Source: Octopus sinensis (lineage: Eukaryota). Taken from it: DNA of 64,000 nt. The position numbers and the translations under genes are program-made. The notes under the pieces are model-generated. The model made no database searches and was not told the DNA's origin. It worked only from the letters and a program-made list of their open reading frames with translations. The stretch is from NCBI RefSeq assembly GCF_006345805.1, contig NC_043012.1, positions 44,764,001 through 44,828,000 of the forward strand. The letters run 5' to 3'. Below are positions 21,168 to 34,244 of this stretch, piece by piece (position 1 is the first letter of the stretch; every line of letters starts with the position of its first letter).

Positions 21168-24100
21168 TCCTGTGGATATTTTAACTCCCCCTTAAAATAA
21201 AATAAGTTAGGAAACTTACATACTTACAGCTTTTGGACACACAAACGATCCTCCTTTTTATTCTTAGAACGCTACCATTTCTCTCTGTGCGGTCATACAA
21301 AAAAATATATTTAGTAAAACTTAAAACTTTACTATCTACAGCTTGTTTTCTTTTCTCTTTGACTCTCCCTGGTCAACATCAGCTTGTTTGCTGCGGGCCA
21401 CATATTTGCCGTGCAGAGGTTTCTCCTCTCACCTATTAGCCAATTGCTCATGCGCTTTTTTCGTTGCCATTATTTTCACCTTCTTTGCAACAATAGTTGC
21501 CGTACTTCCCTCGGATTGTTCAGTTTGGGTATCCTGCACGAGATCAATAGCAAATGTTTTGCTTTCCTTTAAGATAGAATGAAGCTTCTTTCGTCTCTCG
21601 TGATTTTCCACGAGCTTTAGCATCCAGTCATTCGTTATTTCAAGATATTTGGCCAGTCCAATTGTTGTTTTGTAAGCTAGTTCAAATTGGATCAGGCCTC
21701 GACGTCCTTGGGCTCTGGGAAGGTAAAGGCGATCTACGTCTGCCTTTGGGTGGTGCATCCTATTACAACTCAGCAGCTTGCGTATTTTCCTATCTATATT
21801 CTTTACTTCACTCATATTCCAGTTCAACACATTGTAGCTATAAGTAACAACTGGAACTGCTAAGGAATTTATAGCTAACACCTTGTTACCTGCATTTTGC
21901 TCAGATTTCAGGACTGCACGAACTCTCCTATAACATTCCTTCCTGATCTTCTCTTTCATGCTTGCATGCTGAATATCAGAGCCTTCATTTATCCCAAAAC
22001 ATTTGTATTCTTGTTCTTGCTCAAGCTCTCATATGACTGTGTCAACATCTAACACGACTGAATTTGTGGTCTTCACTTTCCCTTTCTGGAAAGTGGCCTT
22101 GGCACACTTCTCAAGTCCAAACTCCATCCCAATGTCATCGCTGAATGCTTTCACAGTGCGCAAAAGGCCTTCAAGTTCATTATTGTCTTTATCATAGAGT
22201 TTTAAGTCATCCATATAAAATAGATGGCTTATTTTTTTATTGGCAATTTTATACCCATACCCCGTTCTGTTTAATTCACTTGTAAGGGGTATTAGGGCTA
22301 TGCAGAATATTAAAGGTGAAAGTGAGTCACCTTGAAAAATTCCACAGTTGATGTTTATATTTTTTGAAGCAAGTACTCCATTAGAGTGGTATAATTGGAG
22401 ATTCGTATTCCACAACGACATATTGTGCTTCAGGAAGCTTGAAATCACAGGGGAAATTTTGAAGATGTCCAGCAATCTCAAGATCCATGGATGTGGTATA
22501 CTGTCGAAGGCCTTTTTATAGTCAATTCATGCGGAGCTGAGATTTCTGCGCTTGTTGTGACAGTTCTCAAGGATCATACGATTAATTAGCAGTTGATCTT
22601 TGCATCCGTATGAGCCTCGGTGGCACCCGTTTTGTTCAATGGGGAAAATATCGTTCTTCTCCATGAATGCATGTTTTCTCCGCCAGGATAGATGTTAGGA
22701 TTTTATACGTGGTGGATAGACAGGTAATAGGCCGATAGTTTTTTGGAAGGTTGGTTTCGTTATTCTTTGGGAGTAGGTAAGTAATACCACTTGCTAACCA
22801 TTCAGGTGTTTTCTTTGGGTCTCTCATAATTCCATTGAACAGCTGAACTAGCTTACCGTGTGCGCATGGGAGCAATGCGAGCCAGAAATTCGGCACCCTA
22901 TCTTTACCGGGCGATTTCCAATTATGGGCCTTCGTGAGTGCCTTTCTTAGGTCTGCTATTGTGATGTCTTCCTATGCTTGTAGTTGTAAATTTTGGTAGG
23001 AGCCTTCAGTTTGTATAATCCAGTCTGAATTTATGTTGTACGTCTTCTTGTCACTCCAAATCCTTTTCCAAAAGTTTTGAACTTCTTCCATGGGAGGGGG
23101 GTCTTTAACGGTTACTTTCTCCTTCCCTATTTCTCTGTAGAAGTTTTTGGCATTAGATGTGAACAGCTTATTTTGCTTGTAAAACTTGTTTCTCTTCTCA
23201 AATCTTCGTATTCTTTGGGCTTTTGCTTGGACTTTTTGTTTCAGCGTTTCTTTTATTGATATCAGTTCTTCTCTTGGTGAGGATCCGAATTTTCTCTTCA
23301 TCTTTCTTCCTGTTCTGGATCTTACATCATTTCCACATATTAGTTCATTTAATATTGATATTTCCCCTCTCATAAATTCAATCTCTTTTTCAATTTTACT
23401 TCTCCAGGTTTGATTTCTTCCCAGGTTTGGTTTTCTTTGTTTTTTTCGGGGGCATACAGCTGGTTTTAATTGCCCTAGCAGAAGCGTAAATAATTTCATT
23501 TAACTCAGTAAGATCAGGTTTTAATTCTTGTATTATTTCATTTGTTACATAGTTGCCAATTTGGATTTGTTTTTTATTTTGGTTTGTATTTGAGAGTTTA
23601 TGAAGTGATTCTCTATCCTTCATACTTGTATGTCTTACAACTTCAAGCGTATTCAGGATTTTCTGCCTCATTTCTGCCATAGACTCTCTGTGTTCTTCAG
23701 CAAATGCGAGATCTTCAGTTACTGTTGTTTTATCATTTTCCTGGCCATCTTTAACAGGTTCAATAAAATTTCTTGTATCTTCAGGCCTTTGCGTACTTTG
23801 GTCAGATGGCAGTCTTTCAATTAAGCCTCGTGGCGGGCTATACTGTTCATCTGATTCTTCATTTCCTTTGTATCTTATATTTATGTCATTTTCCGTTGCG
23901 TGCTTGATCGCGCTTATTTCACTGTCTGTGAGTCTGTTATTTCTAAGGATATCCCTCCTCACATTTGCCAATTTGTTCTCGTCCAAATAGGGCCTACTGT
24001 CTTGATTCCGTGTTCTCCATATACAGTAAGAGTTTGCGGTGTGTCTCTCTTGAGATGGCCTACCTAATGCATAGTAATAAGCGTATATTACTTCTTTATA

Positions 24101-24420
24101 CTCTTCTCGGGTCCATTTGTTCCGCTTACATTTTTCTTTGTGGTGGTTGTGGTGGCGAACTTGGAGGGCTCGTGGTGGGGAATTTCCCGTTCAAGTGACC
24201 ATCCATGTCCGTATTCGGAGAAGAGTTTGTGCCAGTTGATGACTTTTCGATCCCAGGCTGGCTCTTCCCTGGGGGACGCGCTTCCAGATTAACCATAGGA
24301 CAAGCGATTTGGTATACTGATTTAGTTTTCCTTTTAGTTTCCAAAAACATTTTGGTGCTACGATAATGTTATAATTTTTGAGCTTTGATTGGCTCGTGGC
24401 GAGACGGCCATCATTGCCGT
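21168..24420 (-). mobile_element. R4/Dong-clade non-LTR retrotransposon, near full length, inactive, missing the C-terminal endonuclease
   Basis: KWTREEYKEV, KQKVQAKAQRIRRF, NYRPITCLST, IDYKKAFDSIPH, GIFQGDSLSP, LFYMDDLKLY, RLYLPRAQGRRGL and KPLHGKY. Several frameshifts; (AAT)n at both ends. Confidence 0.93.
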
Positions 24421-24549
24421 TACAATTATAATCGTACCATTATAGCAGCCGTAGTCGGCTTGTTATTGTTATTATCAATACCATTATTATCACTATTATC
24501 ATTATCACCACTATTACTATCATCATTGTTATTATTATTATTATTATTA

Positions 24550-24597
<48 letters not shown>

Positions 24598-24701
24598 TGT
24601 TTTTTTTTCTTCTTTTGCCAGGTTAGAAATAGCTTTTATTAATATCCTATTGAAAGTAGCTTCCACAGGGAAATAGCTGTGCGTGTGTGTGTGTGTGTGT
24701 G

Positions 24702-24736
<35 letters not shown>

Positions 24737-24992
24737 CGTTCAATTATTTTCAATAGGGAAGAATTTATACAGTGGCCTCTTCTCAGTGTGCTTTCTCTGA
24801 GACCAGAAATTCAAGGGGGAAATTTGCAAAATGAAGTACTTCGATCACAAATTGGTTACAACTGAAGAATTGAGATGCTTGGTGACAGCAAAAAAAAGCT
24901 GTATCTCTATATATGGACAAAGATACACGCACAAGTTTGTGTGTGAGACAACGCCATATATATATATATATATATAATATATATATATATAT

Positions 24993-25062
<70 letters not shown>

Positions 25063-25193
25063 GTATAGAGAAAGAGGGAGAGACAGAAAGATTAAGAGAC
25101 GTGTGTGTTTGGTACATTCGCTCTCTCTGTTTATCTGTCTATCTATCTCTGAGCTGGCCAAAGCCTTGCGAATGGACTTGGTAGACAGAAAGC

Positions 25194-25270
<77 letters not shown>

Positions 25271-25273
<3 letters not shown>

Positions 25274-26367
25274 TAGTTTTATTTTTATAGCGTGCTTTCA
25301 CTTCACTACCAAGGCACACTCTGTGTGCCTTGGGTATGTGCTGTGATTTGTTGTGATGCTCTGATGGTTATTGTATGGAAAGTGTTCTTCGTAGGATGTG
25401 TGCAGTGCCTAGTCGTGCAATTTTCTGTATGTTATATGTGTTTGTAAGTCCTGGTGTTTTTGTTATGTATTTGTCTGAATATTTTTTTATCATGCCTAAT
25501 GCACCTACTATGATAGGAATTGTTTCTGTTTTCAGGTTCCACATTCTAGTTACCTCTATTTCCAGGTCTTTGTATTTTGAGAGTTTCTCCATTTCTTTTA
25601 GAAATGCCGGTATTGATACATCAATTAGAAAGCATTTTTTTTCTTCATGATCTCTGACAACTATATCTGGTCTGTTGGCCTTAATTTCTCTATCTGTGTG
25701 TATCGGCATATCCCAGAGTATGGTTGCTTTCTCGTTTTCTGTGACCTTTTCTGGTGTGTGCCTATACCATCTTTTTTCTGTTGTTATTCCATAATGTTGG
25801 CATAGCTTCCAATGTATGTAGGTTCCAACTCTGTCATGTCTGTGAATATATTCCTTCTTAGCCAGGACTGGGCAGCTAGAGATAATATGATTTATTGTTT
25901 CTTGTCCATCTCCACATATTCTGCAGTTACTTGTAATATTTCTTTTCATTACATGTTTTTGGTAATTTCTGGTGGGGAGGCTTTGGTCTTGTGCTGCAAT
26001 TAAAAATCCCTCTGTTTCTGCTTTGAGTCCTGAGCTTCTCAACCATTGCTTGGATTTTTCTTTGTCTATTTCTTTTGCGTTTAGTTTAGTGCAGTATTTA
26101 CCATGAAGGGGCTTTTCTTGCCATCGTTTTATCATGGCTCGTTGCTGTTTTATTTTTAGTTTGGATTTCATTTGTTTTATAGCTTTTGTTGTTTCTTCAT
26201 CATCTTCTTCTTCTTCTTCTTTGTGTTTATTAGGTGGTATGATTTCTTGCTTGTATTTGTCAGCTTCCTTAAATACTGAGAACAGTTTTTTGTTTTGCTC
26301 GTGTTTTGTTGCTATCTGGATCAGTTTTCCTTCCTTCTGAAGTAGGTATTTTTGCAGTCCTATGGTG

Positions 26368-26368
<1 letters not shown>
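25271..26368 (-). mobile_element. 5'-truncated R4/Dong-clade element with zinc knuckle and restriction-like endonuclease
   Basis: Open frame with KPLHGKY, CRICGDGQETINHIISSC, RHDRVG, NRPDIVV..LIDVSIP and KYKDL, then a 3'UTR. (AAT)n at both junctions. Confidence 0.95.
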
Positions 26369-26435
<67 letters not shown>

Positions 26436-26474
26436 CATTATTATTATTATTATTACTATTATTATTATTATTAT

Positions 26475-26590
26475 GGTAGAGCAGCACAGTATATTCACTG
26501 GGTAATTTGCAAAGACTTGGACCTATCCCATGATAAAAACTAGTGGGAACACAAACTACCTTCAGTACTTGAAAATGATCGCACCTTACT
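26475..26590 (+). mobile_element. Small R4/Dong fragment in the opposite orientation
   Basis: RAAQYIHWVICKDLDLSHDKN*WEHKLPSVLEND parallels RVGTYIHWKLCQHYG..WYRHTPEKVTENE of the adjacent copy. Confidence 0.65.
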
Positions 26591-27007
26591 CCCTCCTCTG
26601 AACTTTATTGCTCCAGTCATCCGTATCATACAATTCGGTCAAATCCGAAATCCCATTTTTGAAGATAAAACGGATTTGTGCTGATATAGGGGATTAATGG
26701 AAATATGCAAATGCCGTTACAGTGAATATCAATTAAAGAAAATAGCAAATGACATCGCTAAGATTAGCAAAGAAAGTCAAACTTTCACGCATAATTTTAG
26801 CAAGCAAAGTACAATATGTAACAGAGTTCCTTTAGTGGCACCGAAATTTCGCTGGCATTGTAAAAGTGTGACATGAAAATTAGCAGCATGTTGCGGAAAA
26901 ATATCCTCTTTTCAAACAAATTTTTCCGCAGCTGCCTATTGTAGCCTTTAGACTGAATAAGGAATAAAAATATAAGACAACTATTAATTTCTACGCCTGA
27001 CTCTTAG

Positions 27008-27045
27008 AAAACATTGGAGTACCTTGGAAAACAGCCACAAGAGAG
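27008..27045 (+). CDS. Candidate 38-nt micro-exon
   Basis: Acceptor TTTCTACGCCTGACTCTTAG and strong donor GAG|GTAAGC. Open as KTLEYLGKQPQE or NIGVPWKTATRE. Confidence 0.3.
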
Positions 27046-27129
27046 GTAAGCCATGTTCATTATGCTACAACATGAGTCAAGTGAATTCCATCAGGAATCA
27101 TAACAGAAATGTTATGACCTACACGGAAG

Positions 27130-27390
27130 GTGGGATATGTAGAGATCCCGTTTTGGTGTAGTACCAAAGATGAACTGAAGGCAAGGATTATGGCAGCATT
27201 CACCAACTTAAGCAAAGAGACCGTCCAGATAGTTGCAGGAGAAGCCAATGGCGATTTTTTAAAAATAAATCTACACTTTTAGTATTTCAAGATTTTTTAA
27301 TGTAATTTTGGTAAATATATGTTAAAATGTGATGTCAGTCTTATTTTCATTTATGCGTAATTTAGATGACAGTTTATTCACTGCTCACTA
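27130..27390 (+). mobile_element. Tc1/mariner (maT/DD37D-like) transposase C-terminal remnant and 3' end
   Basis: STKDELKARIMAAFTNLSKETVQ...EANGDF. Confidence 0.6.
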
Positions 27391-27509
27391 TATATATAAA
27401 ATGCATGTGGACTGTCGGCGATTTTTTTTCCTCCTTTTTCATTTGGACTTTCCTATGTCTCCTGTTTCCGAAGAAGAGCTTTGCTTGAAACGTAAAACAA
27501 ACTACTTTT

Positions 27510-27556
<47 letters not shown>

Positions 27557-27640
27557 CTGAGCGTCTCATTAATACTGTGCATGTACCACGTCCTCACGTT
27601 GTTGTTTTTTCTTGTCTTTTTCTCCATTTATTATTATTAT

Positions 27641-28190
27641 TGAGCGAGAGAGCAGTGCATGCCATCAAAGTGACACTGGGGTAAAATATACGAAGCCCAG
27701 TATACCCATCATGACTACCCGTCTGATAAGGGTACACTAGGCACATGCATCACAACCATGTGTGCGTGACATGGTGATCTCATATAAAGATAAACAGCGC
27801 ATGACCTTGCAGGTGGGGCTCAGTTAGAATTTTCTTCTGGTTGAGTAACCAATCCCTCTCAAAGGGTCCCTGAATGAGGGTTGTTTAAGGATGGTGAACG
27901 AAACACCCATGTTTCCAGAGGTGAATTATTCAAACGCCAAAGAATCCCTCTTACACATGGCTATGATGTTCCCCCATTACTTCTGCTCGTGATCAGAGAT
28001 GCACATATCGTCAGCCACTAAGGGACATGGTTAACTGGTTAAGGTCAAACAACTGACAAGCAAATCTGTGGTATTGAGCAGAATATTTGCTGTAGCCCAT
28101 CTTTTATACCAAGACAAAACAATGATAACACTTCCAATCAGTTAAGATGAGAAGCCACGAGAGCCACTGCCTGGTACTGCATCAGGGCTC

Positions 28191-28191
<1 letters not shown>
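27641..28191 (-). mobile_element. Non-coding element F (~550 bp) inserted in a (TTA)n tract
   Basis: Second copy at 9396-9720. (TTA)n on both sides, no ORF, and no tRNA-like head recognised. Confidence 0.75.
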
Positions 28192-28248
<57 letters not shown>

Positions 28249-28262
28249 CATCATTATTATTA

Positions 28263-28337
<75 letters not shown>

Positions 28338-28339
28338 TA

Positions 28340-28388
<49 letters not shown>

Positions 28389-28589
28389 TGTGTGTGTGTG
28401 TGTGTGTTGTGTGTGTGTGTGTGTATATGTATATGCATGTGTATATGTATATGTATATGCATATGTATATGTATATGCATGTGTATATATATATATATAT
28501 ATGTATGTGTATGTGTGCGCGCGCGTGCGTGTTAGTGTGTGTTTGTGTGCATGTGTGTTTATGTGTCCGTGCGTGTGAGTGTGTTTTTG

Positions 28590-28770
28590 CTCCCCACCAC
28601 GGCTTCTGTGTTTACATCCTCTGAGACTTAACGGTTCGACAAAAGATTCGCTAGATTAAATATCAGGCTTGAAAAATGTACTTGGGTCGATTCGTTCAAC
28701 TAAAATTCTTCAAGGCGGTGTCCCAGTATGGCCACAGTGTAATATCTGAAACAAATACAAGAAAAAGATA
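28590..28770 (+). mobile_element. Diverged SINE family A, 3' fragment
   Basis: ACTTAACGGTTCGACAAAAGA..GGGTCGATTCGTTCAACTAAA..GGCGGTGTCCCAGTATGGCC. Confidence 0.7.
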
Positions 28771-29318
28771 AAAGATACACACACACACACGCAAACACTA
28801 CGCGCGCACGCACTCACACGTATATCTTGAAAATTCGAGAGCCCTAGTTTTACATTTTGTAGGAGTTTACCGTGATCCCTATAAAGAGGTAGAAACATAA
28901 AGGGGCCGGAAACATCCTGTCAATCAGAAGACGATGGATGCTATGAAGATCTAGAAATGCTTATGAAGTCTTTGGGAACTTTGACTGCCCCATACAAACT
29001 GCAGGAAAGCCATGCGAATGTAGATCCTACAACCGCCCCCGCCCACGAAATGGAAAATAACCCCAAAGAAATGACAAAGCTAGAAAAGCTTCTTATCCAA
29101 TGCAATATCTCCACACACATATTTATTACATTAACACACGCACATGCAACTGGTTTTCACTTAGTTTCTTTATCTTTTATTGTTTACTTGAAGGGTTTTA
29201 ATCGGACAAATCGACCTCAGGACTTTTTTTAAAGCTTGGTACTTAGTCTATCACCGGTTATCAAGCGGTGACGGGGGACAAACACATACACAAAGAAACG
29301 CACACGCTCACACACTCA

Positions 29319-29430
<112 letters not shown>

Positions 29431-29559
29431 AGTTATTCTTTATGTGTAAAGTAAAAGCCAGTGATGAGATCCTGTGACGTTTGTAGCTTCTCAACGAGTC
29501 TATGCTGATGAACAAACGAAGAAGCTTCGACGTAGTCGTCCAATTTGCCAGAAAGAGCC

Positions 29560-29760
29560 GTTAAATTTCACTCAAATTACAGGCGACATCCGAAGAAGAG
29601 AAATGACATATTCAATAATGGAGTCCTAGATATGCAACAGCCAAAAAAATCAACAACACAAAACAGTATGATAAAGATTGGAATGCCTTTGAGAACGGCT
29701 CTGCTCGTTCAGCGATGGCCTAGAGGTAAACAACAGCAACAACATCGAAACCATAAATTC
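29560..29760 (+). mobile_element. Possible decayed RTE C-terminal fragment
   Basis: RRHPKKRNDI and DWNAFENGSARSAM loosely resemble GRPKKRWxD and WExxAxDRSxWR. Confidence 0.3.
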
Positions 29761-29896
29761 ACAAGCAGGGTTTCCTGTCATCGTATTTGAGAGTGAAAAT
29801 TTCTCCAAATGGAAACTGAAACCGGATCGTGAAGCTTATCTTTAGGGCCTGCAGCCATTATAGTATGTTGCATCTGCTGCAGTTACAGCTAATGAC

Positions 29897-29962
<66 letters not shown>

Positions 29963-30689
29963 AATGATGATGATGATTTCTTAATAATATTAATGATAAT
30001 AATTCTTTCATGATAAGATTATAAAGGGATATAGAATGTTTCTATGAGTGATGTTCATTTCTCTCTTTATCCTACAATACACCTAAAATATAAAAAAAGA
30101 AACCCCAAAGAAACTCACTCCACAACCTCACCCGAAACAAAATAACCTCAAAAATAACAAGAAGAGAAAAAAAAATGCCAGGGAACCATCCAACCATCCA
30201 AGTAGCCAACCAGATATTTCTGAGTGGCCTTTTGTGAAGAATATATAATTGATAAATTTCTATAGAAAACTGTCTGTAAATGATTGAAGTTCAGTGAAGA
30301 CGTGATTCAAAATATAATCGCGACTTGTTCAGCCTTTTATCTTTTCTTCGGAACCGAGAAGATTAAATTCCTTGAAAAGCTCAACAGAAATCTACTCAAA
30401 AGATTACATGTATGTATGTATGTATGTATGTATGTATGTATGTATGTATGTATGTATGTATGTATGTATGTATGTATGTATGTATGTATGTATGTATGTA
30501 TGTATGTATGTATGTATGTATGTATGTATGTATGTACGTATGTACGTATGTATGTATGTATGCCAATAAATCATATACGTGAAATATATACGTATATATA
30601 TATATGTGTGTGTGTGTATGTATGTTTACATTTACATATGTTTACGCTTATATATATGTATGTATAAATAGAAATATATATGTATATAT

Positions 30690-30724
<35 letters not shown>

Positions 30725-31371
30725 GCGCATACAAATATACATACACTTATACACAAACATACATACACATATATTATCTATAATATCTCATATTTTATAA
30801 AGAGAAACTTCGTTTACGGTGGCAGCTGACACATAGTCGGATTCTCGGCGTCCATAACCTTCATGAAAATTCCTGAATAACGAATTAGTCACCATATCAG
30901 TGAGCATACTACATAAACTTCGTTGCTTAGATATACTAAGGATCTCGATTATCCAGACATAAATCTAGATGTTTCCTAACTATAGAATGCATAGTCTAAT
31001 TAAAAATACACATACATGTGTGTGTAAGGATCCAGCATGTGTTAATGGTGCTATAGATAAGAATTATATTCGGTGCAACAAACAATAAAATAGATATAAT
31101 TGCCTAAACGCACATAATGTGACTGAAGATGATGGCTCGGCAAAATCACCAGAGCGTTGGTGAAAATGCTTTTCGGTGGTTCGAATCATTCTGAATTCAA
31201 ATCACGCAGAAGTCAACTTTTCGGTCTCATCGAGGTCAGTAAAATAGTGTACTAGTCACGTACTCGGGTTAGTTTATTTTATAGCATGCGAATAAAATTA
31301 TTAGAAAGGAGTTAGTTATCGGCGCTAATTCTTATCTGAAGTGATCCACGTTATATAACTTCACTATAGAG

Positions 31372-32598
31372 AGCTGGTTCTTAAACCTTATTGGAGGTGC
31401 TGAACCCCGCAAGCTTCATCAGTACATTCACCGAACTCTTCGTAATTGGAAAAATAAAATATGATTTCTTCAAAACATAGATATATATTTTATTAGTGCA
31501 CAAAATGAACCATGCATCAGTTGCACATAAAGTCACTGTATTCAAAGAATAAAATTAACAAAACAGGAATTTCACACAAAAACATAACTCAATGAATATT
31601 TACTGCAAATAAATGAGACTTTTGATGTTGCTTTTCATATACAAGTTCAGAAATGCGTGACCTCACCTTGGCAAATGCCACTCTCATATCACTTTCGCAT
31701 CAAAGTCTGTTCCAATGGTGTGTGACTTGTCCTGCTTTACGATTAGGTACGCAACTTTTTACGATGCTGTGAGCATCGGTTTGTCGATGGGTACAAAAGC
31801 GAGAACAGGCAGAGTAGTCTTTCCATTGAATCTGGCTCTCTTCCCCTTGAATTCAGCGAGCGTTGTGTTCTTGTATTTCCCATCGCCATGCAGCTTTAGG
31901 AAGTGTTCCTTTAGTTTTGCCAGTGCTAGACTAGAATTGCCCAACTTGGCATTGCAAGTCATGCATTGAGGATGCTGACTCCCATCACGTTCCTTTGTAC
32001 AAATGAATCCATATTATACGTATTTGTTCAGCCACTTTCTTTTTTTGATCGACATAGTATGAAAGGTATGAAAGATTAAACGAAAAATCACAAATGACGT
32101 ACAATCACAACCGCCACAAGTCGATTACTGAGCGCACCAAATTTCCTGCAGTACAGACATCAAAGCAAGCGATGTGGTGTGATCAGCTGCAGCCAATGAA
32201 GGCCAAGCGGAGCGTGACGTCATGAATAATACGAGTGGGCTGAACGGAACGGACACACACATAAGCCTGGGCCAATTTCTGCTTTGTTCAAAGCATTTAA
32301 AAAATTTTAAATTTATTCATAAATTAATTTTTTAAAAATTAAAATTTATATTGTTATTTATCTTTTAATAAACTAGTTTATCATGGAAACTTATTTTGTG
32401 TAACACATTTTTAATTAACAACTGAATATTTGGAATCTAACACGGCAGAGAAAAATTGTTTTTTTGACGGCCGACAAAAACTGCTCGACATTGCTAGTGT
32501 GAACCGGGCTATACTGTGTGTGTCTTGACTCCTGCCGAACCCCTGAGACTGATTCAACGAACCCATGGGGTTCGATCAAACTCAGGTTTGAACCGCTG
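31372..32598 (-). mobile_element. Internally deleted hAT transposon (Buster/Charlie type)
   Basis: TIRs ..CTGGTTCTTAAACC / GGTTTGAACCGCTG and an 8-bp TSD CTATAGAG/CTATAGAA (nnnTAnnn). N-terminal BED finger (KRKW..YGF..PQCMTC..KLKEH) joined to the C-terminus (ISELVYEKQHQKSH). Confidence 0.88.
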
Positions 32599-33991
32599 CT
32601 ATAGAAAATCAAAAAATTCTATATCAGTCGCCTACAAATAAACTTATTTAAACTGTATACTACGATAAATGTCTTATTTTGGGGGGAAATTTCTGCAAAT
32701 TGAAACCGTTCTTGCGGTAATAGGCATCGTGGAGCAGAGTTCTCGATGGATTAGGTTGACAAGAGTGGGTATTCTAAGGTGAATCGATTCTATGATAATG
32801 CATATGAATTCGTAGTTTTCTGAGAATCATTTCAACTCGAACTTGGGTGAGTTACGTACGATACGATTGTTTTAACTTCTTTCTTACAAATACAGTGTTA
32901 TGTCAATGTCGAAAATATTTAATAATACCTTAATTCATTCGACATTGAGTTTCAAAAACCCATCAAACTGCTTAAGTCAGCAAGCCGCTATCGAATTATA
33001 TATTCTATAGCCAGGTGGGGAAAACACAATTTATATTTACTTTGTTCATCAACTTGACTTTAACTCATGATCCTTCAGTAGTGAGGACGATGCTATCATT
33101 GTCACACATTATTAACAACAATAAAGCAGCAAGTGTCGGTTCTCTTTATACGCATCTGTACATGTACGTCTGTATATGAGTGTACATACATGTGTGTGTG
33201 TACAGGCGAGATTGTTTGAGGGATGGAGGCAGTCATATTCTTAGTTTCTACTTAATTATTCCGTTTCATGAGCAAATTATCCTCGATAGTTTTTAGGATA
33301 TTACATTTTGTTTTTGTTGGTTTTAATTTCCCTTGGGCAGTCTATTTTTTTTATAACATCTAACACATAATTTCTAAGTGAGAGAAACTTGTGTCCAAAT
33401 TATGTTAGAAATGTATATAAAGAAAAAGCGAGGCGTGGGAGAGTGAAGAAAGGGGTGATAAGTAGGAGAGAAAAAAGGTGGAGAAAGAGAAAGAGAGAGA
33501 GAGAGAGTGAGAGAGAAAAAGAGAGAAAGTGAGTGAGAGAGAGAGGGAAGGAGAGAGAAAGAGGGAGAGAGGATTTAGAAAATGCGTAAAACAATAATTT
33601 TCCAAAATTAATTGGTGAAGTCAAAGAAGAGAAGTGAATATAAAAAGCAGAGTGTGTGTAAGAGAAAAAGGAGGGAAAGTGTGTTTCTCTATATGTTTGT
33701 ATGTATGCAAGTATATAATATATGTGTGTATGTATGCATGTGTGTGTGTATGTATATATATATATATATATCTATAATAATGCAGTATCTATATGGATTT
33801 ACCGACGTGAAGATAGACTGAGGTTAGTAAATCAAACTAACTGGAGCTTTTTATACACTCTCTGAGGTTAGCCAGCTTTAACAACCGGTAAAAGCGACTA
33901 CGATACCCACTTGGATTCTATATCTCTACCAACCTACCAACCTAACAACCAAAATTTGGAAATATATATATATGTGTGTGTGTGGTGTGTG

Positions 33992-34240
33992 TGAGTGTGT
34001 GTGTGCGTGTGTGAAGGCGCGCGAGATCGTGGGTGGGTTCGATTCCCAGACCGGGCGTTGCGTTGTGTTCTTTAGCAAAGCACTTCATTTCATGTTGCTC
34101 TGCGATCATTTCGTCATCTGACATGGGGCACACTGTGCCCCTGTGCGGGTAATGTCGATTTGATGGAGGAATTGAACTTACATGTTTACAAACATTTGAC
34201 TACTATAAAAAAATCATCTGTGTGGTTGTTCAGCAAGAAA
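33992..34240 (+). mobile_element. tRNA-derived SINE, family C/D-like
   Basis: GTGAAGGCGC head, GGTTCGATTCCC B box and GTTGTGTTCTTTAGCAAAGCACTT..TTGCTC. Confidence 0.75.
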
Positions 34241-34244
34241 TTTA

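Noticed and set aside
24385-24470. HDV-like ribozyme at the 5' end of the R4/Dong element
   Set aside because: Plausible from family knowledge, but the nested double pseudoknot could not be built by eye.
24757-24865. Exon candidate REEFIQWPLL..
   Set aside because: An acceptor is present, but there is no convincing donor before the stop.
29503-29545. CTGATGA motif as a hammerhead
   Set aside because: It is followed by GAAG rather than GAAA and has no helix II.
29584-29725. Open 142-nt exon-like segment phase-compatible with 27008-27045
   Set aside because: The acceptor is weak and the sequence is better explained as a decayed RTE fragment.
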